Positions 10,740 through 21,005 of a stretch of DNA of 64,000 nucleotides are shown in pieces. The position numbers and the translations under genes are program-made. A model generated the notes under the pieces. The model was not told where the DNA came from and did not search any database. It saw nothing but the letters and a program-made list of their open reading frames with translations. The number at the start of each line of letters is the position of its first letter. The first letter of the stretch is position 1. The stretch comes from an uncultured delta proteobacterium (lineage in GTDB: Bacteria > Desulfobacterota > Syntrophia > Syntrophales > UBA2185). The DNA lies in assembly GCA_963729715.1 (NCBI GenBank), contig CAVSPA010000004.1, forward strand, positions 256,001-320,000. Direction: 5' to 3'.

Positions 10740-11949
10740 TAAATGCCTTCCAGTTCTTTATGAATCGATCCATTAGAAGGTGACCGGGTGAGACCATCAC
10801 ACCATTTTGCAATGCCGATTTCTCGCTGAACTCAGAACCGTTTCTCAAATTCTCATGTTCATCAGAAGACAATACCGCAAAGGGAGAGGGATCTACAGAA
10901 TGGGTCCTCAGGCTGATGGGCGTAGGGTGATCGCTTAAGACTAGCAACCGGAAGGGAGACAGTCCATTAATTTCATTCAAAATGGCGCCTACAATCATTT
11001 CATCAAAATCTTCAATCGCCCGGATCTTTCCAGCTACGTTGCCTTCATGTCCCATTTCGTCAGGGGCCTCGACATGGAGGAATACAAAAGTGGTGTCTCT
11101 TAGAGCGTCGAGAGCGCTTCTCGCCTTTCCAATATAGTTGGTATCTATGTAGCCTGTCGCACCGTCGACGTGTATGACTTTAAGGCCGGCGTAAATACCG
11201 ATGCCATTCAGAAGGTCAACAGCCGATATCATGCCCCCGTTCAAGCTATATTTGTCTGTCAGCTTGGCAAATTTCGGCGCCCTCCCCTGCCCCCAAAGCC
11301 ATATCGAATTTGCAGGTCTTTTGCCTTCTGTTATGCGTAGCCGGTTCACAGGATGACCACGCAAGAAAACTTGCGAACGCTCCATGAGGCCGTTTATTTC
11401 TTCCTTCCCTTTCCCTCGTGGTAGATAACCCTTGACCGCTTTGCCGGTGATGTCATGAGGCGGCGTTGTCTGAAGTAGTGCTTTACTATCCCTCCATACG
11501 CAGAGGTGTCTGTAACTCACACCAGGATAGAATTGAAAGATTGTGCTACCCAGCTCATCGTTGATGTCATTAATGATTATCTTGGCTTCTTCAGTCGTTA
11601 TATGCCCGGATGTAAAGTCTTCCATAATGTATTCGGCATCTCCGCCAAGGGTAACGAGATTGCAGCGGAAGGCTATGTCATCGACTCCAAGTTGAACTCC
11701 CATGTTGGCCGCCTCCAAAGGTCCGCGACCGGTATAGCATTCCACAGGGTCATAACCGAGTAGGCTCATGATCGCCACATCACTGCCTGGCGACAGACCG
11801 GCTGGTATGGTATCGATCAAGCCCAATGTTCCTGCTTTCGCGACCCTGTCCATATATGGGGTATGTGCGTATTCGAGCGGTGTCTTACCGTCGAGCTCCT
11901 TCAGGGGATAATCCGCCATACCATCGCCGAGGAGGATGATGTATTTCAT
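10720..11949 (-). CDS. apgM: Cofactor-independent phosphoglycerate mutase family (ApgM type)
   Basis: LGDGMAD, PGSDVA, GRGPLEA, HVEAPDEMGH, DHPTP metal-binding motifs. Confidence 0.9.
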   Translation of the reverse strand: MKYIILLGDGMADYPLKELDGKTPLEYAHTPYMDRVAKAGTLGLIDTIPAGLSPGSDVAIMSLLGYDPVECYTGRGPLEAANMGVQLGVDDIAFRCNLVTLGGDAEYIMEDFTSGHITTEEAKIIINDINDELGSTIFQFYPGVSYRHLCVWRDSKALLQTTPPHDITGKAVKGYLPRGKGKEEINGLMERSQVFLRGHPVNRLRITEGKRPANSIWLWGQGRAPKFAKLTDKYSLNGGMISAVDLLNGIGIYAGLKVIHVDGATGYIDTNYIGKARSALDALRDTTFVFLHVEAPDEMGHEGNVAGKIRAIEDFDEMIVGAILNEINGLSPFRLLVLSDHPTPISLRTHSVDPSPFAVLSSDEHENLRNGSEFSEKSALQNGVMVSPGHLLMDRFIKNWKAFIEEKSN

Positions 11950-12015
11950 TACAGTTTAATTTTTCCTCAAATAGATAAATGTGATGAGGTTAGAAAGGTC
12001 GTCTCCTCAAAAGCA

Positions 12016-13326
12016 TTACAACCTTTCGTCCTCAATTCTTATCAACATCGTCTTCCCGTGAATGATTTCAAGCTGGTCTATTTCCGTAATAGCTTTCTGA
12101 ACGTTTTCTTCCTTCGATTTGTGTGTAGTCATGACAATAGGAACAGGGCCTGCTTTCTGCCTGCCTTTTTGGATGACTGCGGCAATGCTTATGTCATGCG
12201 CGCCCAGAATTCCCGCTATTCTGGAGAGAACGCCCGGCCGGTCCAGCGCGGAAAGGCGGATATAGTAGTTTGTAACGATTTCTTCAAATGGCATTAGTGT
12301 GATATCATCGATTACATTCTCCCGGAGTGAACGTGCCGGCACGCGCCCTGATATGCCTCTTTGCAGATTACGCGCGATATCGATAACATCACTCACTACG
12401 GCGCTTGCCGTGGGCATCATTCCCGCACCCTGGCCATAGAGAAACACTGAATCCGCTGCATCACCGACAATATGAAATGCATTGAAATTTCCATTGACGT
12501 TTGCGAGAAGATGGCTAAGAGGGATCATCGTGGGATGAATCCTTGCCTCAATGCAGTCGCCCCTCATGATGGCAATGGCAAGCAGCTTGATCCGATACCC
12601 CAGTTCCCTGGCAAATTCGATGTCCTGCTGGCCGATGTTTGATATGCCCTCTCTATGAACATCCTCAAGCCTTACCCTCTTGCCGTATGCCAATGATAAT
12701 GTGATGGCAAGCTTATGAGCCGTATCGATACCTTCGATGTCGAATGTCGGATCGGCTTCTGCGAATCCGAGCTTCTGGGCTTCTTTCAAAACAACCTGGA
12801 AGGATTTCTTCTCATCCGTCATTTTGCTCAATACATAATTTGCCGTCCCGTTTATAATGCCGAAAATCGATTTGATATGGTTTGCCGCCAGACTTTCCTT
12901 CAGGGTCTTAATGATGGGGATTGTGCCGCCTACGCTGGCTTCGAAGCCGATGTCGACCTGTTCTGCCTCAGCAGCCTCGAATATTTCGTTTCCGTACGTA
13001 GCTAAAAGGGCTTTATTAGCGGTTACTACGTTCTTTTTTTTCCGGATAGCCTCAAGGATGAAAGACCGCGCAGGCTCATACCCGCCAATTAGCTCTATGA
13101 CTATAGATATTTCAGGATCGTTGAGGATCACTTTTGCATCTGCGGTCAATAAATCCTTATCTACGGCAACAAGTCTTGGCGTTGTAATATCAAGATCGGC
13201 AATCCTCTTTAAGAAGAGCCTCGCGCCGAGGCGATTTTCGATGACCTCACCGCTGTCTTGAAGGAGTTTTACAACCCCAGTTCCTATAGTGCCGAACCCG
13301 ATCAATCCGATAGTTATTGTTTTCAT
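12016..13326 (-). CDS. hom: Homoserine dehydrogenase with C-terminal ACT domain
   Basis: GFGTIG, VVTANK, FEASVGG, GFAEADP, DRPGVL (ACT). Confidence 0.97.
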   Translation of the reverse strand: MKTITIGLIGFGTIGTGVVKLLQDSGEVIENRLGARLFLKRIADLDITTPRLVAVDKDLLTADAKVILNDPEISIVIELIGGYEPARSFILEAIRKKKNVVTANKALLATYGNEIFEAAEAEQVDIGFEASVGGTIPIIKTLKESLAANHIKSIFGIINGTANYVLSKMTDEKKSFQVVLKEAQKLGFAEADPTFDIEGIDTAHKLAITLSLAYGKRVRLEDVHREGISNIGQQDIEFARELGYRIKLLAIAIMRGDCIEARIHPTMIPLSHLLANVNGNFNAFHIVGDAADSVFLYGQGAGMMPTASAVVSDVIDIARNLQRGISGRVPARSLRENVIDDITLMPFEEIVTNYYIRLSALDRPGVLSRIAGILGAHDISIAAVIQKGRQKAGPVPIVMTTHKSKEENVQKAITEIDQLEIIHGKTMLIRIEDERL

Positions 13327-13463
13327 AACTCCGTGTCCGTATCAAGCTCCAGATTTCTTGTATATCCGAACCCAACCGAATGGACAATTTTATTCCCCGG
13401 AACCAAATGCTCTTATTTCTATAACAGTTAACACATGCTTGTCAAAACAAATTAAGTTCTTCG

Positions 13464-15941
13464 CTAACCGGTTTTTGCGAGTTCAAACCTGCCTCCCCAT
13501 CTGTGAAGGAGGGCTTTTTTCAGCAATTCATACTTACCGTTATCCAGATCCGAAATGTTCTCCGCAAATGTGAAAGCATCTGCTCTTGCCTCAACGAGAA
13601 TGTGTGCGTCTCTTAGGATATGCGCAATACGGAAATCGGGAACTCCCGACTGTCTGGTTCCCATGAATTCGCCAGGACCTCTAATGGCTAAATCTTCTTC
13701 AGCGATTTTAAACCCGTCATTTGTCTCTTCCATGACCCGCAGCCTTCTTATTGAATCATCTGACCCTCTGCGGTGCGAGATTAATACGCAGAATGAGGGA
13801 ATATCGCTCCTGCCCACTCTCCCCCTCAGTTGATGCAATTGGGAAAGTCCGAACCTCTCCGCATGTTCTATCACTATTAGGGAGGCATGTGGTATGTCAA
13901 TCCCCACTTCGATCACTGTTGTGGAAACGAGGACGTTTATATCTCTGTTTAGGAAACCCGCCATCGTTTCATCCTTGTCCTTTCCTTTCATGCGGCCGTG
14001 GATAAGCCCCACCCGATGGTCAGGGAATATTTCCTTTTGCAGATGATCGGCCATTTTAGTCGCATCTCTGAGGTCCAGGTTTTCAGATTCTTCAACCAGC
14101 GGATAAACAACAAATATCTGGTTTCCCTTCCTGAGTTCCATCCTCATTATCTCGTATACCCTGTTGCGTTCCTCTTCAAAGAAAACCTTTGTCCGAATCT
14201 TTTTTCTGCCGGGGGGGCATTCATCGATGATCGAAATATCCAAATCTCCATATACGGTCATGGCAAGTGTCCTCGGAATGGGAGTGGCGGTCATAACCAG
14301 AACATCGGGATTTATGCCTTTCTGTCTTAACAATGCCCTCTGCACAACTCCGAACCGATGCTGTTCATCGATAACAACCAAACCCAGTTTGCTGAAAGTC
14401 ACATCCCTCTGGATCAACGCATGAGTTCCGCATATAATGTTAGTATATCCTTTCCTTACCCCGTCGAAAATTTTTTCTCTTTCCACATTCTTCATGGCGC
14501 TCGTCAGCAAAACAACCTTCAAATCAAGCTCGGAAGACCAGTCTTTGATGCGGTTATAGTGCTGCTCAGCAAGAATTTCAGTCGGCACCATTATAGCCGC
14601 CTGATAGCCGTTCTCACAAGCAGTGATCATCGCCGCCATGGAAACAACTGTCTTACCGCACCCTACATCGCCCTGGAGAAGTCTGTTCATGCTTGAGGGT
14701 TTCGCCATATCACATTCGATCTCTGCAATGACCCTCTTTTGGGCATCGGTCAATGTGAAGGGAAGAATCGTGTAAAATTTATGAAGGGTGTGTCCGTGTG
14801 TCTTGAATGCTATGCCACCTACCAAGGTATTGGCTTTCCTTTTTAAGGCCATGCCTAACTGGAGAAAAAAGAATTCGTCGTAAATAAGCCTCCGGTGGGC
14901 ATCCGAGCGCATGTCATTGTATGCTTCGATTCGCTCGTCAGTCGCGGGAAAATGGATGCTGCGCACGGCATTCTTAATATCCAGGAGATGGCGTCTCTCA
15001 CAAATTTCGTGAGGTATGGGGCTTAAGAGATATTCTGAATATTTATCGACGGCATGTGCCATTATCCTTCTTATATATTTTTGGTGAAGACCCTCTGTCT
15101 CTGAATAAACCGGTACGATTCTCTTGAAGTTAATAAAATCCTCCCCGCTTTCGTCATCGTCAAGAACCTCGAAGTCCGGGTGTACCATGTCCTTGCTGGT
15201 AAGGTAACTGCTCACTTCACCGGTCATTATGACTCGCATGCCTTTCTTGAAAATTTTTCTCAAGTAAGCTGGATTGCCTCGAAACCATTTTGCCGTAATG
15301 ATCCCGCTGCCATCTTCTATGGCCACTTCATATGCCTTTCTATTTCTGTACGATCTGTATAGAACGCTCACAACATGACCGATGACTGTCACCCTGCTTC
15401 CCACCATGACCGATTTAATATCCGTGACTGTACGCCTGTCTTCGTATCTACGCGGCACAAAATAAAGTAAATCGGCTACTGTTTTGAGACCTTTTTTCTC
15501 AAGAAGCGGCGCCATCTTGGGCCCCACGCCCTTTACAAACCTCAGAGGAATGGACAACTTCTCTAAACTTGTCTCGCTGTTCTTCAGATCATTTTGCTCC
15601 ATCTCTTCCTGCAGGGAAGAAATTCCGCGCGACGATTCTGCCGCGATCCCTCTGAACTTTTTTACAACGAGCATTGCCTTTTCTATGCGTTCCTTTTTAT
15701 CTTCGAGCGGCAATCCGTCAAAGCCGTCGATTGCTTCTTCAAAGACGGAAATCATATCTTTATATGTCGTATCTGCTTCCTCCGCACCTACATTTGTAAA
15801 CAAGACGCTCTTCAGCTGTTCTACGAAACATCTCATCGTTGTTTCAAAATCCTTTATAAGGTGCAGATATCTGTATGACTCTCTCGATGAGAATAATAAG
15901 GGAGCTTCTATCTTCTCGAGTATTGCAGTTAGTGATTCCAT
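13464..15941 (-). CDS. recG: ATP-dependent DNA helicase RecG with N-terminal extension
   Basis: Wedge domain, QGDVGCGKT, DEQHRFG, TATPIPRT, QLRGRVGR, RGPGE. Confidence 0.97.
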   Translation of the reverse strand: MESLTAILEKIEAPLLFSSRESYRYLHLIKDFETTMRCFVEQLKSVLFTNVGAEEADTTYKDMISVFEEAIDGFDGLPLEDKKERIEKAMLVVKKFRGIAAESSRGISSLQEEMEQNDLKNSETSLEKLSIPLRFVKGVGPKMAPLLEKKGLKTVADLLYFVPRRYEDRRTVTDIKSVMVGSRVTVIGHVVSVLYRSYRNRKAYEVAIEDGSGIITAKWFRGNPAYLRKIFKKGMRVIMTGEVSSYLTSKDMVHPDFEVLDDDESGEDFINFKRIVPVYSETEGLHQKYIRRIMAHAVDKYSEYLLSPIPHEICERRHLLDIKNAVRSIHFPATDERIEAYNDMRSDAHRRLIYDEFFFLQLGMALKRKANTLVGGIAFKTHGHTLHKFYTILPFTLTDAQKRVIAEIECDMAKPSSMNRLLQGDVGCGKTVVSMAAMITACENGYQAAIMVPTEILAEQHYNRIKDWSSELDLKVVLLTSAMKNVEREKIFDGVRKGYTNIICGTHALIQRDVTFSKLGLVVIDEQHRFGVVQRALLRQKGINPDVLVMTATPIPRTLAMTVYGDLDISIIDECPPGRKKIRTKVFFEEERNRVYEIMRMELRKGNQIFVVYPLVEESENLDLRDATKMADHLQKEIFPDHRVGLIHGRMKGKDKDETMAGFLNRDINVLVSTTVIEVGIDIPHASLIVIEHAERFGLSQLHQLRGRVGRSDIPSFCVLISHRRGSDDSIRRLRVMEETNDGFKIAEEDLAIRGPGEFMGTRQSGVPDFRIAHILRDAHILVEARADAFTFAENISDLDNGKYELLKKALLHRWGGRFELAKTG

Positions 15942-16038
15942 TGGATATCAAGTCTTAAAAGTGAACATTAATATAATGATTTCAAATACAAAGACTGAAC
16001 TCAGTTAACAGATATTCAATCTTTTCGCAAGTAAAGAA

Positions 16039-16067
16039 TTGACACGAGAAAGCAATTACGATACAAG
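16039..16067 (+). promoter_or_regulatory. Sigma70-type promoter of purMN
   Basis: TTGACA-17 bp-TACAAG upstream of purM. Confidence 0.5.
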
Positions 16068-16100
16068 TCATCCCCATCCCGGAGGGTCACCGTAAATAGT

Positions 16101-17144
16101 ATGCACGATAAAATGTCATATAAGGATGCAGGTGTTGATATAGACAAGGCCAATATCTTTGTCGACAGGATCAGGACCATTACGAAAGCAACTTTTCGCA
16201 AGGAAGTAATGAGTTCCATCGGCGGTTTTGGCGGGCTATTTCGCCTGGAGGCCGGGAAATATGATAATCCTGTTCTGGTATCGTCCACGGACGGCGTGGG
16301 GACAAAACTAAAAATTGCCCAGATGATGGAAAAGCACGACACTGTGGGCATCGATCTTGTGGCGATGTCCGTGAACGATGTCGTAGTCCAGGGAGCGGAG
16401 CCACTTTTTTTTCTGGACTACATCTCTACGGGCATGATCAATGTGGAAAGAGATATTAAGATCATCGAAGGCATTGTTAAAGGCTGCCAGGAGGCTGGTT
16501 GTGCCCTCATCGGGGGAGAGACAGCTGAGATGCCTGCATTTTATAGTGATGACGATTATGATCTCGCCGGATTCTGCGTCGGCATAGTGGAGGCCGAAAA
16601 AATAATTGACGGCTCGGGGATCCGCGTAGGGGACAGGATCATCGGCATTGCATCCAACGGCATCCATAGCAACGGCTTTTCCCTTGCGAGAAAGGTGCTG
16701 TTTGAAAATGGCAGAGTCAATATTGAAGATAAGCTCGACGGACTGCCCCACTCTATAGGGACAGAGCTTCTACGTCCGACAAAGATTTATGTGAAAGCCC
16801 TCTTGAATCTGATCAAGTACTTCAGCATCAGAGGTATAGTCCATATAACCGGCGGTGGATTCGTAGACAATATACCACGCATCTTGCCTAAGGCCTGTCG
16901 CGCCGTTATTCTCAGAGGCAGCTGGGATATACCACCGGTTTTTGAGATTATCAAGAAGATGGGAAACATTGATGATGCAGAAATGTACCGTGTGTTTAAC
17001 ATGGGTATAGGCATGATGATTGTTACGGCTCAAGAAGAAGCGTCCGAAGTAATGGAGCGACTCGAGACTTTGGAAATGCGGGCGTACGCCATCGGTTTCG
17101 TAGATCGGAAAGACGAAGACAAACCACCCGTATCGTTTATCTAA
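16101..17144 (+). CDS. purM: Phosphoribosylformylglycinamidine cyclo-ligase
   Basis: SYKDAGVDI, STDGVGTKL, GGETAEMP, HSNGFSL, FNMGIG. Confidence 0.98.
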   Translation: MHDKMSYKDAGVDIDKANIFVDRIRTITKATFRKEVMSSIGGFGGLFRLEAGKYDNPVLVSSTDGVGTKLKIAQMMEKHDTVGIDLVAMSVNDVVVQGAEPLFFLDYISTGMINVERDIKIIEGIVKGCQEAGCALIGGETAEMPAFYSDDDYDLAGFCVGIVEAEKIIDGSGIRVGDRIIGIASNGIHSNGFSLARKVLFENGRVNIEDKLDGLPHSIGTELLRPTKIYVKALLNLIKYFSIRGIVHITGGGFVDNIPRILPKACRAVILRGSWDIPPVFEIIKKMGNIDDAEMYRVFNMGIGMMIVTAQEEASEVMERLETLEMRAYAIGFVDRKDEDKPPVSFI

Positions 17145-17148
17145 CGGC

Positions 17149-17814
17149 ATGAAACAAAAAATCAAATTGGGAGTGCTCGTCTCAGGGAGCGGATCCAATC
17201 TTCAGGCGATCATAGATAATATAGAGAAGGGTCTCCTTGACGGGGAGATTAAGGTCATTATCAGCAATAACGCTCATGCTTATGCTCTGGTGCGGGCTAA
17301 GAGACATAATATTCCATGCGCGATTATCAAGCATTCCGATTTTAAAAGCCGGGAAGATTTTGACCGGAAGATGATCGATGTCCTTAATTCGTTTTGCGTC
17401 GATCTGGTAGTGATGGCCGGATTCATGAGACTCTTGACGCCTCTTTTCCTGAATGCGTTTCCCATGAGAATAATGAATATACACCCCGCGATCCTTCCCG
17501 CCTTTCCGGGTATTCATGCTCAGAAGAGAGCTGCCGACTATGGCGTAAGATTTTCAGGTTGTACGGTTCATTTTACCGATGAGGGAGTAGACTCCGGCCC
17601 TATCATTATTCAAGCGATAGTTCCGGCCTATGATGATGACACGGAAGATACTCTCGCTGCCAGAATATTGAAGGAAGAACACAGGATATATCCTCAAGCC
17701 ATTCAGTTTTATGCTGAAGGCAGAATCGAAGTAATCGGAAGAAAGGTCAGAATAAAAGGCAGTGAACGGATCCCGGAAACACCTCTTCATAATCCTCCCG
17801 TGACCGCCTTTTGA
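17149..17814 (+). CDS. purN: Phosphoribosylglycinamide formyltransferase
   Basis: SGSGSNLQA, NIHPAILPAF, GCTVHF, DSGPII. Confidence 0.98.
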   Translation: MKQKIKLGVLVSGSGSNLQAIIDNIEKGLLDGEIKVIISNNAHAYALVRAKRHNIPCAIIKHSDFKSREDFDRKMIDVLNSFCVDLVVMAGFMRLLTPLFLNAFPMRIMNIHPAILPAFPGIHAQKRAADYGVRFSGCTVHFTDEGVDSGPIIIQAIVPAYDDDTEDTLAARILKEEHRIYPQAIQFYAEGRIEVIGRKVRIKGSERIPETPLHNPPVTAF

Positions 17815-17916
17815 CTTTCCAGTTCTTATGGCCTGTATTTATCTTGAGAAATAGATTAGGAGCAAGAGGCATAGATGTCAGGCATTGCTGGCATTTCAAC
17901 ATCTTTTTCTTAGAAT

Positions 17917-19383
17917 ATGTATGATACTGTTGTCATCGGTAATGATTTAAGCTCCTTAGTCGCGGCTGCGATAATTTCACATCATGGCAGGAAGACGGTG
18001 CTCTTATGTGAAGGTGATGCGAGACATGTTTACTCGGATTATGGATACACTTTCAATATCGATCCCATGCCCCTGACCGGCTTTGGCCCGGGGGAGACAT
18101 GTTCACGCCTTCTTGCAAGTCTTGGCATTCCGGTCACAGAATGTTCAGGCCTGCAGTTATTGAATCCCGGTATTCAAATCATCCTTTCCGATCACAGGAT
18201 AGATTGCTTCAATGGCATGGAAGAACTCCTCAATGATATGGAAAGAGAATTTTTCGGCGAGAGAAGTGAGATTCGCAGGCTGTACACGTCCGTTCTGAAG
18301 ATTAGTAATCTTATCGAACAGCGGATGACAGAAAAACCGTATGTATTCCCAACTACCCTTGATGAGTTCATTTCTGTCCTGAAGGGCATCCCTGTAATTC
18401 TGAAAGAAAGATTATCGCTTACAAAAAGATCTAAAACGATTTCAAAAAATCCTTCCTTGGCCCGGGTATTCGAGGCAAAGAGCGCTGTTCTTTCAAACTG
18501 CAGCAACAGCGCCAAGAGCCCCGTTTCTATCTCGTCCGCGTATGCGCTGTCATTGCCACTGAAGGGACTGTATAATCATGTGGCCGGGAATGAGACACTC
18601 CGGGGATTACTGGAATCTGCATTTGAGACTTCCGGGGGTCATCTCATAAAGAACTGTTCTGTCATGAGGATTAACATTAATAGAGAAATTGATGTCGATG
18701 TTTCCATACCTGATACGTTATCTCAAATTAGCGGACGAAATCTTATCATGAGTACAAAGTGGGAGAAGCTCAAATTGCTTCTTCTCAATGACAGGAAATT
18801 CAAGCGCATGGAGCGGAGACTTAAATCGGTAAGATCGGCATACTATCCGTTTACCCTGCACATGGGCATACTCGATAGATGCATCCCCGCAAAAACGGCA
18901 ATTTATATTGCTATCGTCATCGATGAGAATAGACCCGTCATGGATGACAACCTTGTTTTTGTGGAGATAAGCGCGAGAGATTGCAAAGACCGAGCTCCAG
19001 CCGGCAAGAGGGCTCTAAGTGCAACTATTTTCTTGAGAGAGAGTCCCCTCGTATTAACAAATGACGAACTTAAGGAAGTTTCTCAAGTTGTCTTTTGCGC
19101 CCTCGAAAAGTTTCTTCCTTTCCTCAGGGAAAATCTCGATTTCCTCAATATCGGTATGTCTATTGAGCTCTCAAGAAAGTGTCAGGAGTTAGTAAACCAT
19201 AAATACGCGATGCAATCGGATTCATTCTTTGGAATGTCAAGCATATCCAATAAAACACCCCATCGTAACGTGTTTATGACGGGGGAAATGTTACTGGCGG
19301 GTCTAGGTTTCCAGGGAGAGATAATATCCGGCATAAATGCCGCCAATTTAGTCATATCAAAGGAGAGAGACAGGGATGGATGA
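17917..19383 (+). CDS. Phytoene desaturase-like oxidoreductase with degenerate FAD-binding motif
   Basis: YDTVVIGNDLSSLVAAA N-terminus, RAPAGKR, TPHRNVFMTGE..GLGFQG C-terminus. Confidence 0.65.
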   Translation: MYDTVVIGNDLSSLVAAAIISHHGRKTVLLCEGDARHVYSDYGYTFNIDPMPLTGFGPGETCSRLLASLGIPVTECSGLQLLNPGIQIILSDHRIDCFNGMEELLNDMEREFFGERSEIRRLYTSVLKISNLIEQRMTEKPYVFPTTLDEFISVLKGIPVILKERLSLTKRSKTISKNPSLARVFEAKSAVLSNCSNSAKSPVSISSAYALSLPLKGLYNHVAGNETLRGLLESAFETSGGHLIKNCSVMRININREIDVDVSIPDTLSQISGRNLIMSTKWEKLKLLLLNDRKFKRMERRLKSVRSAYYPFTLHMGILDRCIPAKTAIYIAIVIDENRPVMDDNLVFVEISARDCKDRAPAGKRALSATIFLRESPLVLTNDELKEVSQVVFCALEKFLPFLRENLDFLNIGMSIELSRKCQELVNHKYAMQSDSFFGMSSISNKTPHRNVFMTGEMLLAGLGFQGEIISGINAANLVISKERDRDG

Positions 19384-20683
19384 TAGATTTAAGGATTTTA
19401 CGATCCAGGATCTCGGGGAGAGGGCCATACCGTCGCCGGTAAATGTCAGTTATTATACTGCCGATAGCAAGCGCATTCTTCATAATATCTATCTTGAGCA
19501 TTATAAAGATGTGACTACTGCGGATGGCGTTCCCCTCTCACTTGAAGTGGCAGGTCCCCGGGAAAAGATTTTTTTTGACCCCGCGCAGACGAAGGCGGCC
19601 ATTGTCACCTGCGGCGGCCTCTGCCCCGGCATCAATGACGTCATCAGGGCAATTTTCATGGAATTGTTTCACCGTTACGGAGTGAAAAACGTCGTAGGCA
19701 TCAAATACGGGTTCCAGGGCTTAATACCGAAATACGGCCATCAGGTATTAGAACTGACGCCGGACATCGTCAAAGACATCCATACGTCCGGGGGAAGCAT
19801 ACTATCTTCATCGCGCGGCATGCAGGATTCGGCTGAGATGGTAAATACTCTAAAGCGCATGAACGTCGATATACTTTTCTGCATAGGAGGGGATGGCACT
19901 ATGAGGGGCGCCGGCTCCATTACAGAAGAGATAAGGAGGAGAAACCTCAACATAAGTGTAATAGGCATACCGAAGACTATCGACAACGACCTTAACCTTA
20001 TTCAGAAAACATTCGGATTTGATACGGCGATTTCCGAGGCGGTTAAAGCTATCGAGTGCGCCCATGCAGAGGCGAAGGGTGCACCAATGGGGATCGGCCT
20101 CGTCAAGATTATGGGGCGTCAGTCTGGCCATATAGCTTGCGGTGCGGCTCTGGCTCAGGGTGATGTCAATTTCGTGCTCATTCCCGAGGTTCACTTCGAC
20201 CTGCAGGGAGAGAACGGTTTTCTTAAGGCTCTTGAGTATCGTCTCAAGAGAAGCGGACATTGCGTGATCCTTGTGGCAGAAGGAGCCGGACAGGATCTCA
20301 TTCGTCAGGACAACGAAACTATTGAGAAAGATGCTTCGGGGAATATAAGGCTGCTTGACATCGGCACGTTCCTCAAAACGGAGATAGAAAAGCACTTGAA
20401 GAAAATAGGCTTGGAAATTAACCTCAAATATATAGACCCCAGTTACATGATTCGCAGCGTGCCGGCCAATGCGAGCGACAGCATTTATTGCGGCGCCCTC
20501 GGTCAATATGCTGTGCATGCAGGTATGGCAGGAAAAACAAACATGCTCGTAGGTCTGATAAAGGACGAATATGTTCACCTTCCCCTTCAGGTAGTTACCT
20601 CGGGATCAAAGGTCAATCCGGAGGGCAATATTTGGATGCGAGTACTCGAAACAACAGGGCAGCCGCCATCTATGAAGGCGTAA
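19376..20683 (+). CDS. pfkA: ATP-dependent 6-phosphofructokinase (group X type)
   Basis: TCGGLCPG, GGDGT (Gly, ATP-type), PKTIDND, MGRQSG, YIDPSY. Confidence 0.93.
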   Translation: MDDRFKDFTIQDLGERAIPSPVNVSYYTADSKRILHNIYLEHYKDVTTADGVPLSLEVAGPREKIFFDPAQTKAAIVTCGGLCPGINDVIRAIFMELFHRYGVKNVVGIKYGFQGLIPKYGHQVLELTPDIVKDIHTSGGSILSSSRGMQDSAEMVNTLKRMNVDILFCIGGDGTMRGAGSITEEIRRRNLNISVIGIPKTIDNDLNLIQKTFGFDTAISEAVKAIECAHAEAKGAPMGIGLVKIMGRQSGHIACGAALAQGDVNFVLIPEVHFDLQGENGFLKALEYRLKRSGHCVILVAEGAGQDLIRQDNETIEKDASGNIRLLDIGTFLKTEIEKHLKKIGLEINLKYIDPSYMIRSVPANASDSIYCGALGQYAVHAGMAGKTNMLVGLIKDEYVHLPLQVVTSGSKVNPEGNIWMRVLETTGQPPSMKA

Positions 20684-21005
20684 GGCGCAAGAGCGAAATT
20701 TTAATTTCTTGCAGAGTTCGAAGACAAGATGATTTACGCTGCCTTGATCTGAGAGGAGACATGCGCGGAATGTCCTGATTTTTTGCCATTCACGTCGCAT
20801 GCTATCATTGAAAATCCTTAAATACCCTGCCTGCTGGTAGTTTTTACCTACCATTTATCTACTTAATAATCCCCATTGTTTTCCATTATCAATGATGTCA
20901 GAAGGAAAGCGCCTAAGTGTAAGTAATTAAACTGGCACGGAAGAAAACGACGTCCGACTCCCAGAGACGAGGTTTTAATATGACGATAATGCCTTGGGAC
21001 CGCCC

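Noticed and set aside
13327..13463. Searched for a Thr/Met leader or riboswitch before hom
   Set aside because: No amino-acid-rich sORF or terminator; only a promoter-like TTGACA.
20932..20948. TGGCACG as a possible sigma54 promoter
   Set aside because: No TTGC at the -12 position.
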